Shown here in pieces: positions 1-9,587 of a stretch of 64,000 bases of DNA. The notes under the pieces are model-generated. The model was not told where the DNA came from and did no database searches. It saw nothing but the letters and a program-made list of their open reading frames with translations. The translations under genes were made by a program, and so were the position numbers. Position 1 is the first letter of the stretch. Each line of letters begins with the position of its first letter. This stretch comes from a virus: IMG/VR virus record IMGVR_UViG_3300032307_000797. One strand, written 5' to 3'.

Positions 1-283
1 AGGACCAATCTTGTATTTCCAAATCGGCATCTAATATAACAGAAATATCATGATATTTTGTCATATGTTTTACCAAAATGAGTTTGTCGTGATAAGATTT
101 TACCGACCTTAAATAAGGAATTACTTTAACAAAGATTGGTGAATATCTTTCCTCGAAATATTTGGGTTTATCGGTTAAAACATAAACGTTATAACCATTA
201 GCAAGAATGTTGTTTAATTTTATTGTTGTTTGTTCAAAATATTTCTCATCACCAAAACATAATATCCCTATTCCAATCCTCAT
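1..283 (-). CDS. Glycosyltransferase-like protein (GT-A type), truncated by the window edge; not in the ORF track
   Basis: Manual translation from ATG at 283 (ATGA overlap with the upstream stop): MRIGIGILCFGDEKY...NVYVLTDKPKYF...SYHDKL...DISVILDADLEI. It has an N-terminal beta strand, a 'YVLTD' motif and a hydrophobic-DAD (DxD) motif. Confidence 0.6.
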   Translation of the reverse strand, partial: MRIGIGILCFGDEKYFEQTTIKLNNILANGYNVYVLTDKPKYFEERYSPIFVKVIPYLRSVKSYHDKLILVKHMTKYHDISVILDADLEIQDWS

Positions 284-1053
284 ATATCAAATCTTGGTTT
301 AAAAATCTCCCAATGTCTTCCTACTTCGGTATCCGAGAGTTGTTTTGAATGAACCATAACAATACCTATTTGACCATTCCACATATAACCGTAACTATCA
401 CTACCCGGACCATAACTATCGGACATACAAGCCCCCCAAGTACCGCTAATACTTCTTATTGAGGGACTTACCGAACCAACTAACGTGGTATCATCAACTA
501 AATTATTATCAATATACATTTTAATGTTGGTATCTTGAACTGCCCATACTAAATAATGCCAGTTTCCGTCATTTATTCCGCCAACAGAACTATCAATTGT
601 TTGCCACGGTGCAGTATAATAAATCATTCTCATGTATCCATTATAAACGGCCGCGGCAAAGTTTACAGGACCACCATTACACCAAGATATTATACCTAAT
701 TGACCACTCGCAGATGTTTTAACCCAAGCGGACACTGTGAATCGTGTTCCGGCATAAAAACCACCACTACTGATGTAAGCAAAATCGTTTACTCCATCAA
801 ATGTAAATTCACCACCTTTGACTTTTGTAAATGACGGTGCTTGTGGTGGGTTAGTAGAATATGTTGTTCCACCTAATGTATAGAAATTCATATCTCGTCC
901 ATTACCACTTAAATCTCTCCAAACGTATCCACCATTTGGATATGAATAATATCTCGCAGCATCGTAATAACATTGAAGTGATTCTGTTACAACACCACTG
1001 ACATTACTGTTGTTATTGATTGAATTATCCGGACCTGTTACTACTGTTGACAT
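280..1053 (-). CDS. LamG/concanavalin A-like lectin domain virion protein
   Basis: Motifs WRDLSGNG, FTFDGVND, FTVSAWVK, DGNWHYLV, MYIDN, WNGQIG. Confidence 0.85.
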   Translation of the reverse strand: MSTVVTGPDNSINNNSNVSGVVTESLQCYYDAARYYSYPNGGYVWRDLSGNGRDMNFYTLGGTTYSTNPPQAPSFTKVKGGEFTFDGVNDFAYISSGGFYAGTRFTVSAWVKTSASGQLGIISWCNGGPVNFAAAVYNGYMRMIYYTAPWQTIDSSVGGINDGNWHYLVWAVQDTNIKMYIDNNLVDDTTLVGSVSPSIRSISGTWGACMSDSYGPGSDSYGYMWNGQIGIVMVHSKQLSDTEVGRHWEIFKPRFDI

Positions 1054-1054
1054 A

Positions 1055-2398
1055 TTATAAATTATAACGACCTCTTATTGTGTTAAAATTAGATTTAACC
1101 TCTTGTTCTGTTAGTGCAGCATTATAAATTCTCATCAAATCTAATTCTCCATTCATTTTTCTACCATCTCCTTGTCCAATTGTTATTGCCGATGAATTTT
1201 GATAAGGAATATTTGTCAAAGTAGTACTATTATGTAGTTCTCCATTTATATAAAGTTTCCAATTATATGAACTATCAAATGTAGCAACTATATGATACCA
1301 TGTTCCATTTGTTATGGTAATTGCCGAACCCAATGTATTTTGACTTGCAGCCTGATTATCATAACAAATCATGGTATATATCTGACCCAAATCATTCGCC
1401 CTCAATCCATAAACCGCGCCGCCACTATAACCTCCTTCTTTTTGGAATAATACGTGGAATCCACCAGATGGTGTACCGGTCGGTTTAAATACCGCCTCTA
1501 AAGTATGGGTGGTTAACATATTCCAACTTGATGCGGGTAAATCAATATAATCATCAGTACCATCAAAAATTATTTTACCGTTTGAATTATATGATACAGT
1601 TGAAGAGTTTATTGATGGAACATTTCTTGTTCTATCAAATAACCCCTGTGTTGAACTTCTTGTAAGTGTGGGACTGAATTTTGTTGGGTGGTCTTTTAAT
1701 TCTAATTGTACATCAGAAATTCTTAAATGATTGCTCGACGCCCCTCCATTATAGAAATAAACGTTACTGTCGGGATTATTCAAATCTCTACTACCTGAAA
1801 CGGTAAATGTGTGGTACATTCTTTCCCATGTATGTGTTCTTGTGTTTATTGTAGTTACAGAACCCGATGATAAACCATCCCAAAAATTCCAATTGTTTGT
1901 TAAGTCCTTACTATAAAAACCAACATTCGCATATTTTGATGTGCTCGTTGTCCATTGTAACCACGATATCGTGTATTTTGAACCGGCGGTCAATCCGTAA
2001 CTACTCCAAGCACTCATGTTTGACCCCAAATACTTTGCTTGCCATGTACCAACAGTGTCGTAAATCTGTACAACAGGTTTTTTTAAATCATTGTCATATA
2101 TCCAATATGCGTGTCTTGCATATTCCCATGCAACACCTGAATTGGCAACACTAATACCTGTATTCAAATAATATGAAATATCACTGTTATCAGTGTTGTA
2201 TACTCTAATTGCTTGTGGATGATTTACCGCAATTGTACCTTGAGCACTTTCGGGCATGTATGATGTATATGTACCATCGATTCTTGGATTTTGATGATAG
2301 ATATAATTTGTTGTTGGTTCACCCGCAAATGATTTTCCATCACTTAAATCGTAGTGAAAAACTAATCCATCTCTTATTATTTTTGGTCCACTACTCAT
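1055..2398 (-). CDS. LamG domain virion protein with inserted carbohydrate-binding-like module
   Basis: GLVFHYD...IFDGTDDYI, NGTWYHIVATFD, LYINGE, NGELDLMRIYNAALT. Confidence 0.85.
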   Translation of the reverse strand: MSSGPKIIRDGLVFHYDLSDGKSFAGEPTTNYIYHQNPRIDGTYTSYMPESAQGTIAVNHPQAIRVYNTDNSDISYYLNTGISVANSGVAWEYARHAYWIYDNDLKKPVVQIYDTVGTWQAKYLGSNMSAWSSYGLTAGSKYTISWLQWTTSTSKYANVGFYSKDLTNNWNFWDGLSSGSVTTINTRTHTWERMYHTFTVSGSRDLNNPDSNVYFYNGGASSNHLRISDVQLELKDHPTKFSPTLTRSSTQGLFDRTRNVPSINSSTVSYNSNGKIIFDGTDDYIDLPASSWNMLTTHTLEAVFKPTGTPSGGFHVLFQKEGGYSGGAVYGLRANDLGQIYTMICYDNQAASQNTLGSAITITNGTWYHIVATFDSSYNWKLYINGELHNSTTLTNIPYQNSSAITIGQGDGRKMNGELDLMRIYNAALTEQEVKSNFNTIRGRYNL

Positions 2399-3564
2399 TA
2401 TAATCCAAATCTTCTTTTTGATGCATTATAGTTTTGGTAAACCTCTTCTGCGGTTAATGCTCTATTATAAATCTTAGCAACGGGGATGTAACCATGAAAA
2501 TTATGTGTATCATCCACGATTGTACCACCATAAGTTCCGATATAGTATGTGGCACTTGGTATTGTGCCCGTTAATGATGCGTTCCACACCTCAACACCAT
2601 TTATATAAGCTCTACTAACACTTCCGTTATAAGTCCCAACTAAGTGTGTCCATTGATTTCTTGGTATTTGTCCATTAGTATTACTTGGTCGTGCCCCTGT
2701 GGATGTTTGAACCGCCCAATGTGAACCAAATGTTGTTCCACCATCTGCAGAATCAAAAATACCCAAATACATACTATTTGTACTTGAGATTACTCCTCCT
2801 CTGATTGTGCCAGGTGTAACCAAATCTTGTGGATTAATCCACGCTTCACATGTAATATAATTCGTTGGTTGGGTAAATGAAGTTAGTTGTATGTAATCAT
2901 TTGTTCCATCGAAATTCAACATTGCATTTGAATCAAATGATGCATTTGCCACGGTCATAACACTTCTCTTGGATAAATCTAAAAGAGCTTGGGTATTTGA
3001 ACGAGTACCGGGGGTAAATGGTGTAAAATGTGATTTTTGTTCAACCTGAACACCCTTTAATTCAAATGTGTGATTATAGGTTGTATAATCATCACCATCT
3101 TGCATGAACCATAAAACTCTGTCGGTATTTGCCGGTGTTGTAATTGTATATGACGCGGTTTGCCAACCATCAATATCCAATATTCCAATCTGAGCGGTGG
3201 TTGGAAAATACGATGTGATATATGAACCTCCGTTATATGGTTGGATTTGATATCTTAATGTTGGTACTCCACTTATTTTTTTAAATCTTACCGAAAAAGT
3301 ATATGTGGTGTTTGGTGATAAACCATAAACCCATTCACTTTGTCTTGTATTTGAATTCACGTCAACAATTCTACAATGATATTCATCTATCATCGTTCTT
3401 GTTCCGATACTACCTTGTCCTGAACCGTCAATACTCCACGCCGATTCCCAACGAGCATCAACAAGATTTGTTGTTGGTTCCCCAACAAAAGACTTTTCAT
3501 TACCTGTGTCGTAATGAAAAACTAAATCTTGTGTTATTGTTTTTGGTCCTCTGTGATGTGACAT
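2398..3564 (-). CDS. LamG domain virion protein with inserted CBM-like module
   Basis: LVFHYD...LNFDGTNDYI, WTHLVGTYNG, YINGV, IYNRALTAEEV; paralogue of 1055..2398. Confidence 0.85.
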   Translation of the reverse strand: MSHHRGPKTITQDLVFHYDTGNEKSFVGEPTTNLVDARWESAWSIDGSGQGSIGTRTMIDEYHCRIVDVNSNTRQSEWVYGLSPNTTYTFSVRFKKISGVPTLRYQIQPYNGGSYITSYFPTTAQIGILDIDGWQTASYTITTPANTDRVLWFMQDGDDYTTYNHTFELKGVQVEQKSHFTPFTPGTRSNTQALLDLSKRSVMTVANASFDSNAMLNFDGTNDYIQLTSFTQPTNYITCEAWINPQDLVTPGTIRGGVISSTNSMYLGIFDSADGGTTFGSHWAVQTSTGARPSNTNGQIPRNQWTHLVGTYNGSVSRAYINGVEVWNASLTGTIPSATYYIGTYGGTIVDDTHNFHGYIPVAKIYNRALTAEEVYQNYNASKRRFGL

Positions 3565-3573
3565 AATATTTTT

Positions 3574-4713
3574 TTATCCTAGATATGCTACTGAGAAATT
3601 ATCATTCGCATCAAATGAGATTGCACCCACGGCAACAACCATTTTAAGAGTATCGCCCGCATTTAATTTACATATTGTACTACCACCTGTATGGTTCATG
3701 GTGGTATTTGCACCAAATTCAATCATTATTTGTGGAGTTCCGGTTGTTCCTCCTGTATTATTTTTAAACACTATAAGTTGAGATATTGTGCCTAAACTAT
3801 TTGAATTTGTTCTTACCACAACATTTACTTGGTATAACCCTGTTATTGGGGCAGTAAATGTACCGTTTGTATTGTTCCAACCACTACCTTGTTGGTAATC
3901 AACATTTAAATAACTACCTGATAGGGTTGTGACGGCACCCATCGGTCCACCCGCACCTGTCACTCTAAATGCCGGTCTGTCAGTCATTACCATCGTACCA
4001 TTTACAGTTAATGAACCTGTTATAATAGTATCACTCGTAACATTAAGAGAACCTGTGATAGTTTGATTACCATTAAATGAGTTTGAACCTGTGGTCGCGA
4101 ATCCCATATCTGTTATAGTATTCCAACTTGCACCAACCCCATCTGTTTGTAAAATTCTTCCATCATATGAAGAACTTATTGCGGGTAAACCTCCACCAAC
4201 TGTTGCGGTTGCGAACCCCGATTGTGCCATAGAAAATGTAATAACGGCAGTATTCTCACTAAACATCTCAATAGATGACGGAATTACCACAAAACCATTA
4301 CTATCATAAACTTGAATTACCGGATATGTTTCACCCAAATTGTGGTTAAAATACCAAGTTGTGGAAGGAGTTGTGACTTCCAATAACTGTGTTGAACCAG
4401 GTACAGATTCGATAGTGAACGCTAATCCCGCATATGAGGATGTAACAGCATATGATGACGAAACAATATTTGTGAGTCCCGAACCGTCACCATTAAAATA
4501 TGATGCGGTAATTGAACCAATTAAATTAATCGAACCCGTGTTAACCGTATTGGTTGAAATCAATTCTTCAATTGATGGTCCGTCTGAACCTGATTTAGCA
4601 AGGAATACCTTACCATCAGTTGTGTTAATTGCTAATTCTCCGAGCAGTAGATTCGAGTTCGTGGGTTTTTGACCCGTAACCGCACTTCTACGCAGTTTGA
4701 CTATTTGAGCCAT
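3574..4713 (-). CDS. Tail fibre/adhesin with Mtd_N-like N-terminus and C-terminal C1q-like domain
   Basis: N-terminus IVKLRRS...LLLGELAINTTDGKVF; C-terminus RPAFRV...GTFTAPITGLYQVNV...LNAGDTL...FSVAYLG. Confidence 0.75.
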   Translation of the reverse strand: MAQIVKLRRSAVTGQKPTNSNLLLGELAINTTDGKVFLAKSGSDGPSIEELISTNTVNTGSINLIGSITASYFNGDGSGLTNIVSSSYAVTSSYAGLAFTIESVPGSTQLLEVTTPSTTWYFNHNLGETYPVIQVYDSNGFVVIPSSIEMFSENTAVITFSMAQSGFATATVGGGLPAISSSYDGRILQTDGVGASWNTITDMGFATTGSNSFNGNQTITGSLNVTSDTIITGSLTVNGTMVMTDRPAFRVTGAGGPMGAVTTLSGSYLNVDYQQGSGWNNTNGTFTAPITGLYQVNVVVRTNSNSLGTISQLIVFKNNTGGTTGTPQIMIEFGANTTMNHTGGSTICKLNAGDTLKMVVAVGAISFDANDNFSVAYLG

Positions 4714-4735
4714 ATCTTTATTTTCCTTCTAAATC

Positions 4736-4767
4736 TTGGTATATACCAAATTATAACCTATATAGGT
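4736..4767. promoter_or_regulatory. Two tandem perfect palindromes in the leader of the C1q fibre gene
   Basis: TTGGTATATACCAA (4736-4749) and ACCTATATAGGT (4756-4767). Confidence 0.5.
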
Positions 4768-4772
4768 CTAAT

Positions 4773-4780
4773 AATAAATA
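4773..4780 (-). promoter_or_regulatory. Putative late promoter (TATTTATT variant)
   Basis: Member of the recurrent TATTTAT(A/T/G) motif upstream of structural genes; sits just after a terminator. Confidence 0.55.
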
Positions 4781-4795
4781 CTTCTTCACGTAAAT

Positions 4796-4822
4796 AAAAA
4801 AACCCCGATTTCTCGGGGTTTT
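4796..4822 (-). terminator. Intrinsic terminator
   Basis: Minus strand AAAACCCCGA-GAAA-TCGGGGTTTTTTT, about 20 nt after the stop of 4843..6825. Confidence 0.85.
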
Positions 4823-4842
4823 AATGTTTGTGTTTGGTTAAG

Positions 4843-6825
4843 TTAGTAAGTACCTCCGTCGATTACGGTTGAGAATACCAAAGCACCGTTTGAATTTTTA
4901 TAACCTAATATTCCATCAAGAACATCAGTAGTTTCAGTTGTTGAAACATAACCAACAACGTTGGTACTATTTCTGAACATAATTGCTGATGATTTTGAGT
5001 TACCGTCAGCACCACCTGAAGAACTTAATGTCACGTTACCAGCAATCAAGGTTGCTCCGTTACTTGCGGTTACTGTAAATTTATTTGTATTGTAAGCCAA
5101 TGTTGTACCGTTATCGGTAAGTAAACTATCTCCGATATTGTTTGGACCTGTTGCCTTTGTAATTGTATTGGTCGTTAAACTAACTTCAGAACCATAAGTT
5201 CCTGCTGTTGTACCAACCAATTTACTTGATTGTCCACTTGATGATACAAACATCCAATAATCACTCTGAGAATCCCAAACAAGTGATGCCGATACCCCTG
5301 AAGAACCCGAATCGATAACTTCAAAACCAGCATATCTTTCAAATGGTGAGTATGCATTTAATCTGATAATATTGTCATCAAGTTCAACAACTGACGATGA
5401 GATATGTACCTGAGTTGCACTACCCAATAGATTTAAATTACCACTAATATTAACATCACCACTGAAACCGGTGTTTCCTGTGATTGTCATTGTACCACCT
5501 GTGATATTTGTTGATACTAAATTTGTTGTAGTTGCACTTGTTGAAACAAATGAAGAGTTGGAACCTAAATCTACTGTTGAAGGTAAACTTACGGTCCATG
5601 TTCTATCTCCTGTTAAGTTTTGTGCACCGCCTGTAACTGTTACTTGGTTTGTTGTTCCTGTAATAGTTAAACTTCTATCAGCTCTAACCGCCCCTGATGT
5701 GGTGGTTGCTTGTGAACTTAAAGTAAATTGATTGAAGGTCGGTGTTGCACCTGTTCTAATATCTTGAGCTAAATCATATTGAACTGTGTTTGTTCCGTTG
5801 TTAAATGATGTGGTTAAACCTTTAGCAGCAACACCAGCAAATGTGATTGTTTCGGTTTTAAGGGATACATCACCTAATGTGGTGGTTGTTCCATCAGAAC
5901 CTGTAACATATAAAGTAGAAACGATTCCTGTTAATTGTGAACCATCACCAATAAATGAACCTGTAAATGCAGATGCACTAACCGCACCCGTAATATTCAT
6001 TGAACCTTGTTGGTGGAATGAACCAGTAATAACAACTTGGTCGGACGATTCATTACCTAATGTTGTATTTCCAATAATTGTTAAATCGTCACCGAAATTA
6101 CTACCATTACCTAGCGTGATTCCCGCAACATATATTGAACCACTGAAGTATCCATTTCTCCATGCTTTACTTGTGGTACCTAAATCGAATGAATTGTTAA
6201 CGTCAGGAATAATAGAAGAAGAAACCTCAGCACCGAATGAGATATAATCGGTATCACCGTCACCAACTATGATATTACCACCCAAAGTGATATTACCATC
6301 GATAACCGCATTACCTGTTAATTTTAAATTTGAACCTGTGATGTTACCTGTGAATTGAGAGTCACCAATCACCGTTAAGTTGTTAGCAACTCTTACGTGT
6401 GAACCTGTCAATGATGTTGTAAAGTTACCGGTACCTCCCGTAACATTTGTTACGTTTGCATTTGTACCTGTTAAACTTGTTACCGTCACATTGGCAATGG
6501 TATTACCTTCAATGTTACCCGTTAAATCAATTTTTCTGTTCCCACCTGAAGCCAATATGAATAATGCTTCGTCAGTTGATGAGTAGAAAGGTGTACCATC
6601 GACAGTTGTACCGTATGAACCAGCACCAATTGTTGGAACGGTGGCTCCCTCATAGATTTTTGAAACGGGTTTATAACCACCAGCGATTTCGTCAGAACCA
6701 ATGAATACCCATGGACCGTTCATCGTTCCAATGGAACCCGTAGCAACGACCATTTCACCAGCTCTAGCGGTAACATCTTTAAGTTGTGTGATACTACCCC
6801 TTCTGTGCTTAATTATTTGTGCCAT
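4843..6825 (-). CDS. Tail fibre-like structural protein
   Basis: N-terminus MAQIIKHRRGS...AGEMVV resembles that of 3574..4713; G/S/T-rich beta repeats; IIPDVNNSFDLGTTSKAWRNGY fibre motif; ends IDGGTY. Confidence 0.75.
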   Translation of the reverse strand: MAQIIKHRRGSITQLKDVTARAGEMVVATGSIGTMNGPWVFIGSDEIAGGYKPVSKIYEGATVPTIGAGSYGTTVDGTPFYSSTDEALFILASGGNRKIDLTGNIEGNTIANVTVTSLTGTNANVTNVTGGTGNFTTSLTGSHVRVANNLTVIGDSQFTGNITGSNLKLTGNAVIDGNITLGGNIIVGDGDTDYISFGAEVSSSIIPDVNNSFDLGTTSKAWRNGYFSGSIYVAGITLGNGSNFGDDLTIIGNTTLGNESSDQVVITGSFHQQGSMNITGAVSASAFTGSFIGDGSQLTGIVSTLYVTGSDGTTTTLGDVSLKTETITFAGVAAKGLTTSFNNGTNTVQYDLAQDIRTGATPTFNQFTLSSQATTTSGAVRADRSLTITGTTNQVTVTGGAQNLTGDRTWTVSLPSTVDLGSNSSFVSTSATTTNLVSTNITGGTMTITGNTGFSGDVNISGNLNLLGSATQVHISSSVVELDDNIIRLNAYSPFERYAGFEVIDSGSSGVSASLVWDSQSDYWMFVSSSGQSSKLVGTTAGTYGSEVSLTTNTITKATGPNNIGDSLLTDNGTTLAYNTNKFTVTASNGATLIAGNVTLSSSGGADGNSKSSAIMFRNSTNVVGYVSTTETTDVLDGILGYKNSNGALVFSTVIDGGTY

Positions 6826-6851
6826 GTTTGTTTATAATTTTTCTTCTTTTA

Positions 6852-6859
6852 TATAAATA
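6852..6859 (-). promoter_or_regulatory. Putative late promoter TATTTATA
   Basis: 27 nt upstream of ATG 6825. Confidence 0.65.
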
Positions 6860-6872
6860 CTTAATTTTTCCT

Positions 6873-7559
6873 TTAAAAGAACCCTCCCAGGTCGATTTCG
6901 GCGTTTGCCGTCGGACTTGAAAGTGTCCCTAAACCAGAGATATTCAATGATGCGGAAATTATTTGTGAATTAATTAAGTTTTCAACGATTTTCATTGCCC
7001 CTGAAACAATTAATGTTTCTGAGTCGGGGTCACCCGTTTGTACTAATATGGTCTTACCCTCAACAATTAAATCACCTTTAATTGTGGTTGCTCCACTAAT
7101 GGTAATCATCGAACCGTCATCGATAATCCTTGAATCCTCAAGGGTATTGCCATTACCATTTAATTTTTGTAGGTGATAAGTTGTACCTGAAGTACTACCC
7201 ATTAAAAAAATAGATTCGGAACCTGAAGGTCCACCAATCCATCTATCATTTGATGAGTCCCATAAAAGACTTCCCGAGACAAGATTTGGAGATGTTGGGT
7301 CGTTTACAATTAAACCCGCCAAAGAACCCGCAATACCATTTAATTCGATGATATTGTCACCTAAACTAATTGTACTTGATTCAATTATTGTGGTGGTTCC
7401 TTGCACCGTAAGATTACCTCCAATAACAAGGGAACCCGATAAATCCAAATTGTTTACATATATCCCTTCTAATGGTGAGGTTTCACTACCCAAAACGACG
7501 GTACTACCCGAAGGTGGAACAGTGTCAATTTGGGTCCAATTAATCTTTTGTAATGCCAT
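6873..7559 (-). CDS. Fibre-associated structural protein
   Basis: Shares the DNII(E/R)LN...AG...SL(L/V)WDS..D.W segment with 4843..6825; ends IDLGGFF. Confidence 0.65.
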   Translation of the reverse strand: MALQKINWTQIDTVPPSGSTVVLGSETSPLEGIYVNNLDLSGSLVIGGNLTVQGTTTIIESSTISLGDNIIELNGIAGSLAGLIVNDPTSPNLVSGSLLWDSSNDRWIGGPSGSESIFLMGSTSGTTYHLQKLNGNGNTLEDSRIIDDGSMITISGATTIKGDLIVEGKTILVQTGDPDSETLIVSGAMKIVENLINSQIISASLNISGLGTLSSPTANAEIDLGGFF

Positions 7560-7578
7560 GTAAAAGTAAAGTCTTTTA

Positions 7579-7586
7579 CATAAATA
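7579..7586 (-). promoter_or_regulatory. Putative late promoter (TATTTATG)
   Basis: 20 nt upstream of ATG 7559, just after a terminator. Confidence 0.55.
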
Positions 7587-7606
7587 TTTTATATTCGTTT
7601 ATGTGC

Positions 7607-7636
7607 AAAAAAAAAGAGGATTTTACTCCTCTTTTT
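7607..7636 (-). terminator. Intrinsic terminator
   Basis: AAAAAGAGGA/TCCTCTTTTT stem overlapping the glutaredoxin stop; T run on the minus strand. Confidence 0.75.
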
Positions 7637-7913
7637 CTTCAATCATGTATTCTTTTATAATATTTATTGCCTCTTCTTCCCCATGAAAATCCCTTGTGGG
7701 ACAGAAAACAGGCCCTGTATTGGTCCCTTCTTGTCTAATAAAGAATGTAGGTAGATAATCTAATTTTGTTTGTTCGAGTACTTGGTCCCATAGTTTTTTA
7801 TTACTGTTGACCTCATATTCTGTAAACGGAATTGATTCTTTACCCAAACGAGTTTTCAAACTTTTACAAGCTCCACAACCATCAAGGGTAAATAGGATTA
7901 GTTTATTAGCCAT
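7623..7913 (-). CDS. Glutaredoxin/NrdH-like redoxin
   Basis: LFTLDGCGAC motif, IPFTEYEV, cis-Pro motif YLPTF. Confidence 0.85.
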   Translation of the reverse strand: MANKLILFTLDGCGACKSLKTRLGKESIPFTEYEVNSNKKLWDQVLEQTKLDYLPTFFIRQEGTNTGPVFCPTRDFHGEEEAINIIKEYMIEEKEE

Positions 7914-8217
7914 TTAATTGAGTTAAGTATTTTTTATAAAAATCATCGGGTTGTGCACCTGCAGATTGACCAATTAATGATGACCCTTCAAAGAACATTA
8001 CGGTCGGTACTGAACGGATACCCATATCCATTGAGAACTCTCTATTGTGGTCAACATTTAACTTGACAAATTTTACATCGGGGTACTGTTCTTCCATTCT
8101 TTCTAATCTTGGTATTAACATCTTACAGGGTCCACACCAATCTGCATAAAAGTCCACTAATAATTTTTCTCCGTGGAGTTTCATTTGTTCTAATTCTTCG
8201 CTTGTTACGTTTTGCAT
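7906..8217 (-). CDS. trxA: Thioredoxin
   Basis: VDFYADWCGPCK, GIRSVPT. Confidence 0.95.
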   Translation of the reverse strand: MQNVTSEELEQMKLHGEKLLVDFYADWCGPCKMLIPRLERMEEQYPDVKFVKLNVDHNREFSMDMGIRSVPTVMFFEGSSLIGQSAGAQPDDFYKKYLTQLNG

Positions 8218-8221
8218 GTTT

Positions 8222-9298
8222 TTAATTATTAAATCCTATTGTTGTTTTATTTTCTGATTTATAGATTTCTTCATCTATATTGTAAATATCCGCTAAAGTC
8301 ATCCCTTTGTCAACCCTTTTTTCTTTTCCGAGGAATTCTAACAGATTATTTGTTTCTTCCACATTCAATTTTTCAAACTTGTGTTCCGCAATCAATCTAC
8401 CCTTACGAAGTAACGCTTGGTCTATTTTTTCACGTTTCATATTGAATGTTGCGATTATTTGGATGTTCAAACAATCACCGAGAATACCGTCGGTTAAGTT
8501 TAAGATGTTTGAGACCCCTACTGATGAACCATTACCCTCTCTATCGGCAATAACTCTCTCAGCATCCTCTACAATCAAGATTGAATTTTTGTGTTCCATA
8601 AGAAATGGAATGATTGCAGGTTCAGATAATGATTCTGCCATTGCCGGTGGGATAAATAAAATTTCCTTATCGGTAATTAATCGAGTAAGGTATTTGATAT
8701 AAGAAGTTTTACCTGTACCCGGGTCGCCATGGAAAAGAATGATACCCTTATCCATCGGCTTGTTTAATCGTTGGATGATGACTTCGTGAATCTTTAAGAA
8801 CTTCTCACCGTAATTCAACTTCAAATCCATATCGGGAACATTCATCTCATACTCTTCAGTATCTAAATGACCCATTTCAGATTTGACCAAGTTGATGCCC
8901 GACTTCTTTATTTCAATCTCAAATTCAGATAACTTGTAATTTTCAGCCAACACTGTTGGTGATTGTTTCAGTGAATCATAATACAAAACCACGTCATAAT
9001 ACATTCCGTGTGTTTTATCGATTGTACTTTTCAAAACAATCATCACACCATCTTTTTTACTTACCATAAGGTGAGTGTTCGATGGTTTATCATAACGTCT
9101 TCCAGTGATAATTAATTCACAATCATTGGTGAATTCTTGACCAATTAAATGAGAATACAATTCTGAACTGTAATTCTTTTTTGAATTAATCATCTTCGAT
9201 GGTAATGTATCGAACATGTGAATAAAATATTGCTCCACCGGCAATTCGTTTCCGTAACCTATCTCGTGTAGTGGGTATTTCTCAGGTAATCTATTCAT
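8222..9298 (-). CDS. AAA+ family ATPase
   Basis: Walker A GDPGTGKT, Walker B ILIVEDAE, ILNLTDG, sensor ATFN, IDQALLRKGR. Confidence 0.9.
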   Translation of the reverse strand: MNRLPEKYPLHEIGYGNELPVEQYFIHMFDTLPSKMINSKKNYSSELYSHLIGQEFTNDCELIITGRRYDKPSNTHLMVSKKDGVMIVLKSTIDKTHGMYYDVVLYYDSLKQSPTVLAENYKLSEFEIEIKKSGINLVKSEMGHLDTEEYEMNVPDMDLKLNYGEKFLKIHEVIIQRLNKPMDKGIILFHGDPGTGKTSYIKYLTRLITDKEILFIPPAMAESLSEPAIIPFLMEHKNSILIVEDAERVIADREGNGSSVGVSNILNLTDGILGDCLNIQIIATFNMKREKIDQALLRKGRLIAEHKFEKLNVEETNNLLEFLGKEKRVDKGMTLADIYNIDEEIYKSENKTTIGFNN

Positions 9299-9300
9299 CT

Positions 9301-9585
9301 CTACTTTAAATAAAAATTTATATTCTTAGGAATGTATTCATAAATTGAATCATCTTCCTTTTCTGCTTCTTTAAATGCTCTTAACGTTATTCGAATCAAT
9401 TCGAATTGTTCTTTTGTTAGTTGTGGTTCTCCCCTCTTTTCATAATTTACCTTGGCAACATCAATTACCAATTCAAAAAACGATTCCTCATCATTATCAC
9501 CAATAAAATAATCCCTTGCCCCTGAATTGTTTTCAAGGTATGTCTTTACGTTTTGTATGTAAACCAGAACATCGGGATGTATCAT
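9301..9585 (-). CDS. Hypothetical protein
   Basis: 94 aa ORF tightly packed in the operon. Confidence 0.75.
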   Translation of the reverse strand: MIHPDVLVYIQNVKTYLENNSGARDYFIGDNDEESFFELVIDVAKVNYEKRGEPQLTKEQFELIRITLRAFKEAEKEDDSIYEYIPKNINFYLK

Positions 9586-9587
9586 TC

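Noticed and set aside
3574-6825. Diversity-generating retroelement suggested by the Mtd_N-like N-termini
   Set aside because: No reverse transcriptase and no TR/VR pair differing only at adenines was seen in the window
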